A DNA stretch of 64,000 nt, from positions 1-64,000 of the forward strand of contig DATFEP010000012.1 of assembly GCA_035250975.1 (NCBI GenBank). Reading direction: 5' to 3'. Each line of letters begins with the position of its first letter. Position 1 is the first letter of the stretch. Of the stretch, positions 33,157 through 42,260 are shown in pieces. The position numbers were made by a program, and so were the translations under genes. Below the pieces are notes generated by a model. That model was given only the letters and a program-made list of their open reading frames with translations, was not told where the DNA came from and made no database searches. Source of the stretch: Nitrososphaeraceae archaeon (lineage in GTDB: Archaea; Thermoproteota; Nitrososphaeria; Nitrososphaerales; Nitrososphaeraceae).

Positions 33157-34923
33157 TCATCTCACAGTCACTGATTTTGCAAGATTTCTCGGATAATCAG
33201 GATTAGCATCTTTTTTTAAGGCTAAGTAATAAGAGAGTATTTGTAATGGAATAATTTCAAGAATTGGATACATCAATTCATCAATTGTAGGAAGTCTTAT
33301 AAAATAATCGTAAGTGTCATTATTTTGGTTTGATATACCAATAATTTTTGCCCCTCTAGATTTCATTTCGTAAACACTATTTAATGTATCAGTAAATGTA
33401 TCATCACATGGATTAATAACAATCACAATAGTGTTAGTTTCGACCAACGCTAACGGTCCATGTTTAATCTCGCCTGCAGCTATTCCCTCTGCATGAATAT
33501 AGGCTAGCTCTTTGATCTTAAGTGACCCCTCCAAAGCTATAGAATAATGCAAAGATTTGCCCAGGATATAAATGTCCTGGGAAGATTTAATTTTTTCTGC
33601 TATTGTTTCAATATGTGGTTCTAATGACAATATATTTTTCATGCTATCATTAAATGTATTCATAAATTCATTAATATCTATTTTATCAGGACATAATTTT
33701 TCGACTATAGAATAAAGTATTGCTAGTTGACCTGTAAAACTTTTGGTTGCAGCCACACCTATTTCAGGACCGCAATTAATGGCAATAAAATGATCACTAA
33801 GCCTTGCAAGAGAAGATGTAGAAACATTCACAATTGAAAGGATTTTTGCATGTTTTTGTCTTGCCATTTTGACTGAATGTAAAACATCAGCAGTCTCACC
33901 ACTTTGAGAGATTGCAATCAGAACTGAATTTTCATCTAAAGGACCCAACATGTATTCAAATTCACTGGACATAACTATTTCTGTTCTAATATTAGAGAAC
34001 TTATTTAACAGGTATTTTGCCAATAATGCAGAATGAAAACTTGTACCACTCCCAGTAATAAAAACATTCTTCGATTCCGACATTATATCAACAAACTTAG
34101 TTATTATCTCTTTTTTAGTGCCAAATGCTTTTAGTATTGAATTTTGCTGTTCATGTATTTCTTTTATGGTATAATGAGCATATTTTCCTTTATCAAGATC
34201 ACCTAATTCCCATGCGACTTGTGTAACAGGACGAGAGACTGAATTTCCATTAAAATCAAAAATATTTACATCCTGTCTATCTAGAATGACAATATCTTGA
34301 TTATCAAGAAATATAGATTTGTCAGTGTATTCAAGAAACCCCAAAACATCACTAGAAATGAAGTTTCCATCTTTTCCCAACCCTACAATCAAAGGCTCAT
34401 CTAGTCTTGTTCCTGCAACTAAGCCTGATCTAAAAATAGCAACAAATGCATAAGATCCTTTTAATATCTTACATGTTTCAATAATTGCTTGTTTAACATC
34501 ATGTTCTTTTTTATAATGAAGTTCTATAAGATGTGCAATTACTTCGCTATCCGTTTGACTTTGAAATATATGTCCATTTGCAAGTAACTCTTCTTTTATT
34601 TGTTTATAATTTTCTATTATCCCATTATGAACAACCACAATCTGATTTTCACAATCTGTATGAGGATGTGCATTAATTTGGCTGATACCACCATGAGTTG
34701 CCCATCTGGTATGTCCAACACCTACCTGCCCTGGCATACTTCCTAATCGAAGGGATTTTTCAACTTCAATAACTTTACCAACATCTTTACGGACAAAGAT
34801 TTTACTACTTTCTAAAGTCGCTATTCCAACACTATCATATCCTCTATATTCCATTCTTTTTAAGCTATCAACTAATACTGAGGCTGCAGATGACTTTCCT
34901 ATATATCCAATAATCGAGCACAT
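33157..34923 (-). CDS. glmS: Glutamine-fructose-6-phosphate aminotransferase (isomerising)
   Basis: N-terminal Cys, EYRGYDS, HTRWATHG, SQSGETAD, KHGPLAL, PRNLAKSVTV. Confidence 0.97.
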   Translation of the reverse strand: MCSIIGYIGKSSAASVLVDSLKRMEYRGYDSVGIATLESSKIFVRKDVGKVIEVEKSLRLGSMPGQVGVGHTRWATHGGISQINAHPHTDCENQIVVVHNGIIENYKQIKEELLANGHIFQSQTDSEVIAHLIELHYKKEHDVKQAIIETCKILKGSYAFVAIFRSGLVAGTRLDEPLIVGLGKDGNFISSDVLGFLEYTDKSIFLDNQDIVILDRQDVNIFDFNGNSVSRPVTQVAWELGDLDKGKYAHYTIKEIHEQQNSILKAFGTKKEIITKFVDIMSESKNVFITGSGTSFHSALLAKYLLNKFSNIRTEIVMSSEFEYMLGPLDENSVLIAISQSGETADVLHSVKMARQKHAKILSIVNVSTSSLARLSDHFIAINCGPEIGVAATKSFTGQLAILYSIVEKLCPDKIDINEFMNTFNDSMKNILSLEPHIETIAEKIKSSQDIYILGKSLHYSIALEGSLKIKELAYIHAEGIAAGEIKHGPLALVETNTIVIVINPCDDTFTDTLNSVYEMKSRGAKIIGISNQNNDTYDYFIRLPTIDELMYPILEIIPLQILSYYLALKKDANPDYPRNLAKSVTVR

Positions 34924-34925
34924 CT

Positions 34926-34944
34926 TTACTAATAACCTTAGTAA
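34926..34944. promoter_or_regulatory. Candidate operator TTACTAA-N5-TTAGTAA between the glmS TATA box and start codon
   Basis: Perfect 7-bp inverted repeat 2 nt from the glmS ATG; TATA-like TTTAAAG on the minus strand near 34949-34957. Confidence 0.5.
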
Positions 34945-35094
34945 GTAGATGCTTTAAATAGTCCTTTAATGAAAAAGCAATACCGTTATAAAATATTTTG
35001 TTATGGTTGACCGTAATTTTTTTTTGGAAAAATACAAAGTATACATATATTATTATTACCGGTATAAAATAATTTATAACTGATAAAGATAAGA

Positions 35095-36054
35095 TTGAAA
35101 AAGAAAACAATCATCTATGAACGTAATGGTAATACAATAAGTAAAAAAATTTTACTATTTGAGAACACAAAGGATATGCGAATACTATCTAATCAAGTTG
35201 CTTGGAAAATAATAGAATTATTATCTAAGAGATCCATGTACCCTGCACAAATAGCTAAGGAATTAAAATTATATGAACAAACAACCTATTATTATGTAAG
35301 AAAGCTTGTTGAAATAGGTGCCATTGAACAAACCGGAACTAGTCACATACGGGGCGGAACTGCAAGATTATATAGTATTACAAGTTCATCTTTTGGTCTA
35401 GAGCTCGATTCAGTTGAAGAGATAGAACAAACAGATATTCATCAATTCACAAAAAAGATGACTCAAAAAAATATTCCATTTTGGTTAGAAGATTACTATA
35501 AAGACAATGCATTTTGTGGTTTAATTGTCGTAGGTGCACCTGATCCACACGGTCCGTATAAATCCTCGGCTAGAGATGGACATTACGCTATTCATTTAAG
35601 TTTTTACCTAGGTACTCTGTGTGACCTTTCTTCAAACTTTATAGCAAAACTTGATGTAGATGCAAAGGCTGAAAAGGACATAGACAATAGAAATCTTATT
35701 TTGATAGGTGGTCCAGGTACAAATATAGTAACTTCTGAGTTTAATGATCATTTGCCAATTAAATTCAATGAGACTAATTATTGGTCTGGATTAACTGACA
35801 ATGCAGGACGAATTTATAATATGGACAACCACGGTTTAATTGCAAAAATAAAGAATCCCTATAATCAGTATAGGAGTATTATAGTACTTGCAGGAGTCCG
35901 ATCCATAGGTACAAAGGCAGCTGTAATAGCTTTAACAGATCACGGAGATAAATTGATGAAAAGATATTTACACGACGATGATTGGGCAGTAGTAGTCCAA
36001 GGTTTTGACATGAACGCAGATGGAAAAATAGACCACGTTGATATAGTTTCTTGA
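35095..36054 (+). CDS. ArsR-like HTH transcriptional regulator with a C-terminal alpha/beta (S-layer-C-like) domain
   Basis: MYPAQIAKELKLYEQTTYYYVRKL..IG HTH; NLILIGGPGTN and IVLAG motifs; TTG start. Confidence 0.8.
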   Translation: MKKKTIIYERNGNTISKKILLFENTKDMRILSNQVAWKIIELLSKRSMYPAQIAKELKLYEQTTYYYVRKLVEIGAIEQTGTSHIRGGTARLYSITSSSFGLELDSVEEIEQTDIHQFTKKMTQKNIPFWLEDYYKDNAFCGLIVVGAPDPHGPYKSSARDGHYAIHLSFYLGTLCDLSSNFIAKLDVDAKAEKDIDNRNLILIGGPGTNIVTSEFNDHLPIKFNETNYWSGLTDNAGRIYNMDNHGLIAKIKNPYNQYRSIIVLAGVRSIGTKAAVIALTDHGDKLMKRYLHDDDWAVVVQGFDMNADGKIDHVDIVS

Positions 36055-36064
36055 TATATAGTTA

Positions 36065-36574
36065 TCATGGGGATTGAGATGTAGCAGGAACAATATCCAT
36101 GAATTCGTTATGTAGAATAATTTTGGATTCTTCTTCCATTTTGACAGGATATCCCGGAATATTTATGGTTCTGTCACCTATGGAAACATGGCCGTGAACC
36201 ACTAACTGTCTAGCTTGATGAGGAGATTTAGTTATGGCCTTTTTCATAACAATAGTTTGTAACCTTCTTTCTAGAATATCCTCAATCTTTATATTTAATA
36301 TATCATCTAACGTCGCAGATTCTCCTACAAGTCCCAATCTTTGAAGGTATGTTAAAAGTTTATTTTCTTTTTCATGTCTACTTTCAGTGGTCAGAGCCAA
36401 CAGAGCACGTGCCTGATTTCGAATTCCAGCTATCTTGGTCTGCGCTTTCCATAGCTCACGCTTACTTCTAAGACCGTACGTTCCTAACAAATATAATTCT
36501 GAACTTAATTGATCTTTTGTCCAAATCTGTCGTGGTCTTTTAAAGGTTTTTCTAGATTTCTTCGGATCTCCCAT
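36065..36574 (-). CDS. rps4: 30S ribosomal protein S4 (uS4)
   Basis: MGDPKK, YGLRSKRELW, LERRLQT, ARQLVVHGH. Confidence 0.97.
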   Translation of the reverse strand: MGDPKKSRKTFKRPRQIWTKDQLSSELYLLGTYGLRSKRELWKAQTKIAGIRNQARALLALTTESRHEKENKLLTYLQRLGLVGESATLDDILNIKIEDILERRLQTIVMKKAITKSPHQARQLVVHGHVSIGDRTINIPGYPVKMEEESKIILHNEFMDIVPATSQSP

Positions 36575-37056
36575 TATTCACCACTCTTCTGTACTTTTTG
36601 AGCAGCCTGAGCACTCTTACGAACACCTACTGCAGTTCCTCTTCGACCTGTCGTTCTTGTATGTTGTCCTCTTACTCTCAAACCAAACATATGTCTATAT
36701 CCCCTCCAACTCATTACTGTTTTCTCACGTTCAATATCATTGGATACTATAAAATCTAAATCTGATGTAATTATATGCACATTAGAACCGGTTTCCATAT
36801 CCTTTCTTCTATTGAAATAAAAATGCGGTATTCCAGTTTTATTGGGATCCTTTAGCGCCATTTCAATATCTCCTAGTTCTTTATCTGTAAGAAACCCAAC
36901 GCGAATATATGGATTAATATTTAATTTTTGAAGCAATACTTGGCCAAAATTATAACCTATTCCCTTTACCCTGCTCAGGGCAACAATTATTTTTTTTTCT
37001 CCTTCTATATCTTTTCCTGCAATTCTAACAATATGTTTATAGTCTGCTGATGACAA
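36574..37056 (-). CDS. rps13: 30S ribosomal protein S13 (uS13)
   Basis: IVRIAGKDI, NRRKD, RH.FGLRVRGQHTRTTGR; TAATG overlap with rps4. Confidence 0.97.
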   Translation of the reverse strand: MSSADYKHIVRIAGKDIEGEKKIIVALSRVKGIGYNFGQVLLQKLNINPYIRVGFLTDKELGDIEMALKDPNKTGIPHFYFNRRKDMETGSNVHIITSDLDFIVSNDIEREKTVMSWRGYRHMFGLRVRGQHTRTTGRRGTAVGVRKSAQAAQKVQKSGE

Positions 37057-37449
37057 TTCTAACTAAAAGGTAAATTTGGGATCCTAAATAAAAATCATAC
37101 TAGACAAGAACCGCAAAAAAAATAAAATATAAAAATTACATTTAATAGGTCACTTTAAACAACCAAAATAGATATATTTCAAAATATTATTATAGAATGT
37201 ATAATAATTATAAAATTACAAGCGGATCTAGCTATAATAACCATTATATTACATTTTTTTAAAGATATCATTTAAAATGGCTAAAAACAATTGTGGAAAA
37301 ACTGAATACAATCTGTATGATGATAAAACAAACTACGGGAGTTATCTTGAATTACTTGAATTGGCAATCGAGAATCATTGATTATCAAATTCAAATTTCT
37401 GGTAATAAATATTATTATGATCCGCAAGCTACCTGATAATGTTTAAATT

Positions 37450-39138
37450 TTGTCTTTAATAGGAAGAAATCTGTTGGATTTTAAAGAGATAAAGAAATTA
37501 GTATCTGACTCTTATTCGTCTCAACCCCAATATAATGAAATAATGCCAGGAGTTCCAGAAGAATATAACAAGATAAAAACCCTGAGGGAACTGCTATTAA
37601 TAAACTACAAACATGCGACAGTAGATAAACAGATTAGAGGCAATTTAATTAGATTTCTCAGGAAAGAAGAAAATCCGTTCAAGGGAATAATCGGTTATGA
37701 AGACGATGTAATCCCGGCAATAAACAGAGCGATCCTTTCAGGTCATGACATATTACTTGTAGGACAAATCGGACAAGCAAAAACTAAACTAGCTGAAGCA
37801 ATATCAAAAAACTTACTTTCACATATTCCAATAGTTAGAGGTTCAATAACAAATGATATTCCCACTACGATTCCGCAACCAGATCTTATTTCCTTGTTGG
37901 AGGATAAAGAAGTATCTCATTATGTACCTAAATTTACTGTTTCAAAGGAAACTGAAGAAATTATTCGTAGTAATGGACTTGCTACTAAAATCGAGTGGAT
38001 TAGTGGAAGGGATAGATATAGGTATATTTTAGCTACACCTGACATATCTGTAAAAGATTTAGTAGGACAAATTGATGCTATCAAAATTGCTAAAAAAGGT
38101 GTAGAGATATACAATATTGAGTCATATTCCCCAGGACAATTATTACAAGCAAGACATGGTATTTTATGCATCGACGAATTACCTGTATTAGATCCGAGAA
38201 AACAAGTTGCTTTGCTAAGTATTCTTCAGGAAGGAAAATTTACGACTGGTTCATACCCTGTGTTTTTTGAACCCGACTTAAAAATAATAGCAACATCCAA
38301 TCCAATTGATTATACCCACTCTGGAAAAATAATTGAACCCTTATTTGATAGATTACGTAGTCACATCGAGACACGATATCCACAAAAAATCATTGATGAA
38401 ATGCTGATAATTGTTCAAGAGATCAGATCAGATAACCCAGAAAACATCATATTACCTATTTTCATACTTAAGACGATAGCATTAATCACCAGCATGGCTA
38501 GAAAACATGGAGATATCAATCAGGATAAAGGAGTAAGTGTGAGGATGTCAGTACATTCTACCGAAGTTATTATCGCAGAAGCAGAAAGAATTAGGTCTAT
38601 AATATTCGGAGTTAAAGCTGTGCCAAGATTTTCAGATATCCACGGTATCTATCAGACCTCAAAATTTGAGTTATCTGAACTGGAAGATAACAATCAAAAC
38701 AGAATAGATACATTAAATAAAATTATTTCAAATTCAATCAACATGATTTCAAAAGAATACATAGACAGTATAAGTTCAGAACAGATAAAATTAATAAAAG
38801 AGGAATTTCAAAAGAATAAGAAATTTGTTGTATCGCAAAAATTTATTGGAACCAGAGGTTCTGATGTAATAGAAAATAGCTATGAGAATCAATTAAGAAA
38901 TTTTCCAATGTTAGCTGAGGCGATAGACAAAATATCAAATAGTTTGGAAAAAGAAAAAGATGATTTTGTTAACCGGATAAAGAAGAATGAAATTGTATTA
39001 AATGGATTATTATTTTCCGATTATAAAGATTTAGAATATAAATCATCAATCATTGAACTTGTTCTGGAAGGTTTAAGAAATTTGGATAATCCTATATTAG
39101 ATAGGAAAGAAAAAGATATCTATGAATATAAAACATAA
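37450..39138 (+). CDS. AAA+ ATPase, Mg-chelatase ChlI/MoxR-related
   Basis: Walker A variant GQIGQAKT, LATPD.SV.DLVG.ID, Walker B ILCIDE, sensor TSNP, LFDR, GVSVR. Confidence 0.85.
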   Translation: MSLIGRNLLDFKEIKKLVSDSYSSQPQYNEIMPGVPEEYNKIKTLRELLLINYKHATVDKQIRGNLIRFLRKEENPFKGIIGYEDDVIPAINRAILSGHDILLVGQIGQAKTKLAEAISKNLLSHIPIVRGSITNDIPTTIPQPDLISLLEDKEVSHYVPKFTVSKETEEIIRSNGLATKIEWISGRDRYRYILATPDISVKDLVGQIDAIKIAKKGVEIYNIESYSPGQLLQARHGILCIDELPVLDPRKQVALLSILQEGKFTTGSYPVFFEPDLKIIATSNPIDYTHSGKIIEPLFDRLRSHIETRYPQKIIDEMLIIVQEIRSDNPENIILPIFILKTIALITSMARKHGDINQDKGVSVRMSVHSTEVIIAEAERIRSIIFGVKAVPRFSDIHGIYQTSKFELSELEDNNQNRIDTLNKIISNSINMISKEYIDSISSEQIKLIKEEFQKNKKFVVSQKFIGTRGSDVIENSYENQLRNFPMLAEAIDKISNSLEKEKDDFVNRIKKNEIVLNGLLFSDYKDLEYKSSIIELVLEGLRNLDNPILDRKEKDIYEYKT

Positions 39139-40522
39139 CATCTCCAGAGATTTTGTTTACATTCCTTATGAACACAAATTACGAGATAGGAAAACAAATG
39201 AGGAAAAAGAAGATGACCAAAATATCTCCAATGAACTGCACAACGAAATACTTAAAACAATAGCGAGAGAAGTCATAAAGGAAAGGACCCCTACGTTAGA
39301 GGAAGTAGAATCAACATTACAGGAATTAATAAGAAGGAAAAAATTGGAAAATAATATTCCCGACGTAGATCAATACAATACTAACAGGTACGAATCCCAT
39401 GTAAAAAAGACAGAGGAAAAAAAACAAGTTCCTGTAATTACTCGCCTTATTAAAAAGGGATATTTGAAGGATTCAAAAAAATGGTTGAGCAGTAAAGGAT
39501 TTACAATTATAGGAGGAAAAATATTGCAAGATGTTTTGAATGAATTAAAAAATGGAGATATTGGTTTACATGAAACTAAGAATCTTGGAAACGGTACAAT
39601 CATTTTGGATACTACAAAAAGATATGAAATTGGCGATGACATTAAACTTATTGATGTTCCAAAATCCTTATTGAACTCTATTCAAAGACTTGCAAAAGAT
39701 AAAAACCATATAAAAATTCCTCTAGAATTGAAGATTGAAGATTTTGAAGAATATGAAACAATGAGGGATGTAAGAGTAGCTGTTGTTTACTGTATTGATC
39801 TTAGTTCAACTATGAGATATTCTACTTTATATGGAAATTTGAGTAGAATCGAAGCTGCCAAGAAAGCTTTATGGACACTATATCTGCTTAACAGAAAATA
39901 TTTTCCATCAGATATTATTGACATTATAGGTTTTGGAGCTCTTGCTTCCAAAATTAAACCGTTAGATATTCCCTACCTCAAGACATTTGAACCTGGAACT
40001 GATTTTCTTCACTATACCAATTATCAGGCAGCTTTAAGACTAGCAAAAAAAATTTTAGATAAAAAGCCAGTTCAAAACAAGAGAATAGTACTGATTACTG
40101 ATGGTCACCCCAGTGCATGCTTTATTGATAGTGAAAGTGAGCAAGAAAAAATATTATCTCTGAGACCATATTCGCATTTTTACGTGCCAGATAAGGATCT
40201 AATAAATTCTATAAAACAAACTCACGACATGAGTCTGGACCTAAATGCTAGAGAATTAGTATATTTGTGTTATAGATATAGACAAGTTGACCAATTTATA
40301 GGCGAACGAACAATCATGGAAGCAAGAAGATGTAAAAAATTAGGAACACAGATAGATACAATAATGATAAGTGAGGAAGATTCACTATTGAATTATGTAA
40401 ATGAAATGGAAAAGTATGTTAATGGCAGATCTTATTACATAAATCCAGACTCAATAGACAAAATATTACTAACAGATTACATAAGTAATAAAAAAATGAT
40501 TCTACGTTCAGGAAGAAATTGA
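39122..40522 (+). CDS. VWA-domain protein, partner of the upstream AAA+ ATPase
   Basis: MIDAS-like DLSSTM, TNYQAAL, LITDGHP; 17-nt overlap with the ATPase gene. Confidence 0.85.
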   Translation: MNIKHNISRDFVYIPYEHKLRDRKTNEEKEDDQNISNELHNEILKTIAREVIKERTPTLEEVESTLQELIRRKKLENNIPDVDQYNTNRYESHVKKTEEKKQVPVITRLIKKGYLKDSKKWLSSKGFTIIGGKILQDVLNELKNGDIGLHETKNLGNGTIILDTTKRYEIGDDIKLIDVPKSLLNSIQRLAKDKNHIKIPLELKIEDFEEYETMRDVRVAVVYCIDLSSTMRYSTLYGNLSRIEAAKKALWTLYLLNRKYFPSDIIDIIGFGALASKIKPLDIPYLKTFEPGTDFLHYTNYQAALRLAKKILDKKPVQNKRIVLITDGHPSACFIDSESEQEKILSLRPYSHFYVPDKDLINSIKQTHDMSLDLNARELVYLCYRYRQVDQFIGERTIMEARRCKKLGTQIDTIMISEEDSLLNYVNEMEKYVNGRSYYINPDSIDKILLTDYISNKKMILRSGRN

Positions 40523-40574
40523 TTTTATAAATCACAGTTTAATTTATAAATTAAACGACATCTAGTAAAATAAG

Positions 40575-41384
40575 ATGAGTGAGCTGACAGAAGTAGTCAA
40601 ATATCTAGATTGGAATGGATCGATCGATATTTTACATAGAGCTAGTCAACTAAAGCTATTCGCTTTAATAATTGGTCCAAAAGGAACGGGAAAAACTTCT
40701 CTAGTAAGAAAATTTGCAGAAGAGACAGGAAAAAAGGTTTTTTCTGTGAATTTTAGCTTAAGAACAAGAGAATCTCATCTCATTGGAACTAAAACCATCG
40801 AAAAAGGAGAAATCAGCTTTATTGAAGGGGTTTTGGTAAAATCAATGAGGGAAGGAGGAATACTTTATCTTGACGAGTTAAATGCAGCTGAACCCGATAT
40901 GCTTTTAAGATTAGATGAGGCACTCGACGATAGAAGACAGTTAATATTAAAAGAGGCAGAAGGACAAATAATCCATGCTAATGAAGATTGGTTCGTGATC
41001 GCCACCATTAATCCGTTGTCTCATATTGGAACAAAAGAGCTGCCTCCACAATTATTAAGTAGATTTCCTATTAGGTTAAACATGGATTATCCGCCTGAAG
41101 ATATAGAACTCGAGATTATAAAACAGCATATACAGATAGATAATGAACATATGGTGCCAGTTGAACGTGCAGTTAAATTAGCTAGAATACTAAGGGAAGC
41201 AGCGGCGGTTGAAGAATTGTATTATGGTCCGAGTCTTAGAGAAACAATAGCATTCACTAAATTAATTAACATAGGAACCGAACCAAAATTATCTGCAGAG
41301 ATAGTTTTTGCCAATGCATATAATCAATGGGGAGAAGTAGAATTTAGGAAAGTCATGGACATGATAACATCGATATTTGGGTGA
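40575..41384 (+). CDS. MoxR AAA+ ATPase, CbbQ/NirQ/NorQ/GvpN-like
   Basis: GPKGTGKT, LYLDELN, ATINP, LLSRF, PSLRE; compact 269 aa. Confidence 0.88.
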   Translation: MSELTEVVKYLDWNGSIDILHRASQLKLFALIIGPKGTGKTSLVRKFAEETGKKVFSVNFSLRTRESHLIGTKTIEKGEISFIEGVLVKSMREGGILYLDELNAAEPDMLLRLDEALDDRRQLILKEAEGQIIHANEDWFVIATINPLSHIGTKELPPQLLSRFPIRLNMDYPPEDIELEIIKQHIQIDNEHMVPVERAVKLARILREAAAVEELYYGPSLRETIAFTKLINIGTEPKLSAEIVFANAYNQWGEVEFRKVMDMITSIFG

Positions 41385-42260
41385 TATAGAGGAGACTAAA
41401 AATACTATTTACTATTTTTTATTATTACTGATTTAAATTTACTTTTAAGTATCTAAAATCATCATGAATTTGGTATAACTAACATATTCTCTATTTACAT
41501 TACTAAACTTATATCTATTTTTAGAAACAAAAACAATTTATTTTCAAATATCTTTCTAATAATCCTTTAAACTCTAAATAATTTGTTGATAATGATAAAC
41601 GATTACTCACAATAAAACTGGGGTTATTTTATACGCTGGATCATTCGTGGGGATTTGGATTTATCATCTCCATCTTTTACTATTTGTGCAAAGGTGCAAA
41701 GGCACAACCTTATGAAGATGATTTTGTTTATGACAATAATCAAGAAACACTAAGGTATAAATTTCCATCAAATGAGAACGAACGGTAATGAATGGGCTTA
41801 TTTTCTGAATACCGATAAGATTCTTGCAAATGTCTGTGGAAACATAAATCTGAACCCATAGATAGATGTCGACGCAGAAGACCAGACATGTGAGAATGCT
41901 TTACAGTTCTAATCCAAATACATATTAAATCCCTAGCTCTTGTTGAAGCACAATGACTATTAGTATTATACGATTGCCTAGCCTCAACTGAGAACAGTAA
42001 AGAAGAAACTATAGATGTAAGAAGTGTACTACAAACTAGTTCCGTTATAACCAAAGACGGTTTGTATAAGTATTCAATGTTTGATAGACATGGAAATAAT
42101 TAATCTACTCTCTTCATCACCAGTCTAAAATTTTATCTCTTTTATTTTTTTTATGAACTGATAATAAAAGAATATTCAAAATCAACAAAATTTTTATAAT
42201 CAATCCTATATTTTTCTAGTTGACACGGTTAAAAATATCAAAAATAATGATTACATATTA

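Noticed and set aside
34924-35094. glmS ribozyme upstream of glmS
   Set aside because: AT-rich with no structured core, and the promoter appears directly adjacent to the start codon
37450-40522. Calling the first AAA+/VWA pair magnesium chelatase ChlI/ChlD
   Set aside because: No chlH/cobN or chlorophyll genes nearby; family resemblance only
41740-42054. 104-aa minus-strand ORF
   Set aside because: No motif and atypical composition; lies within the probable decayed plus-strand relic
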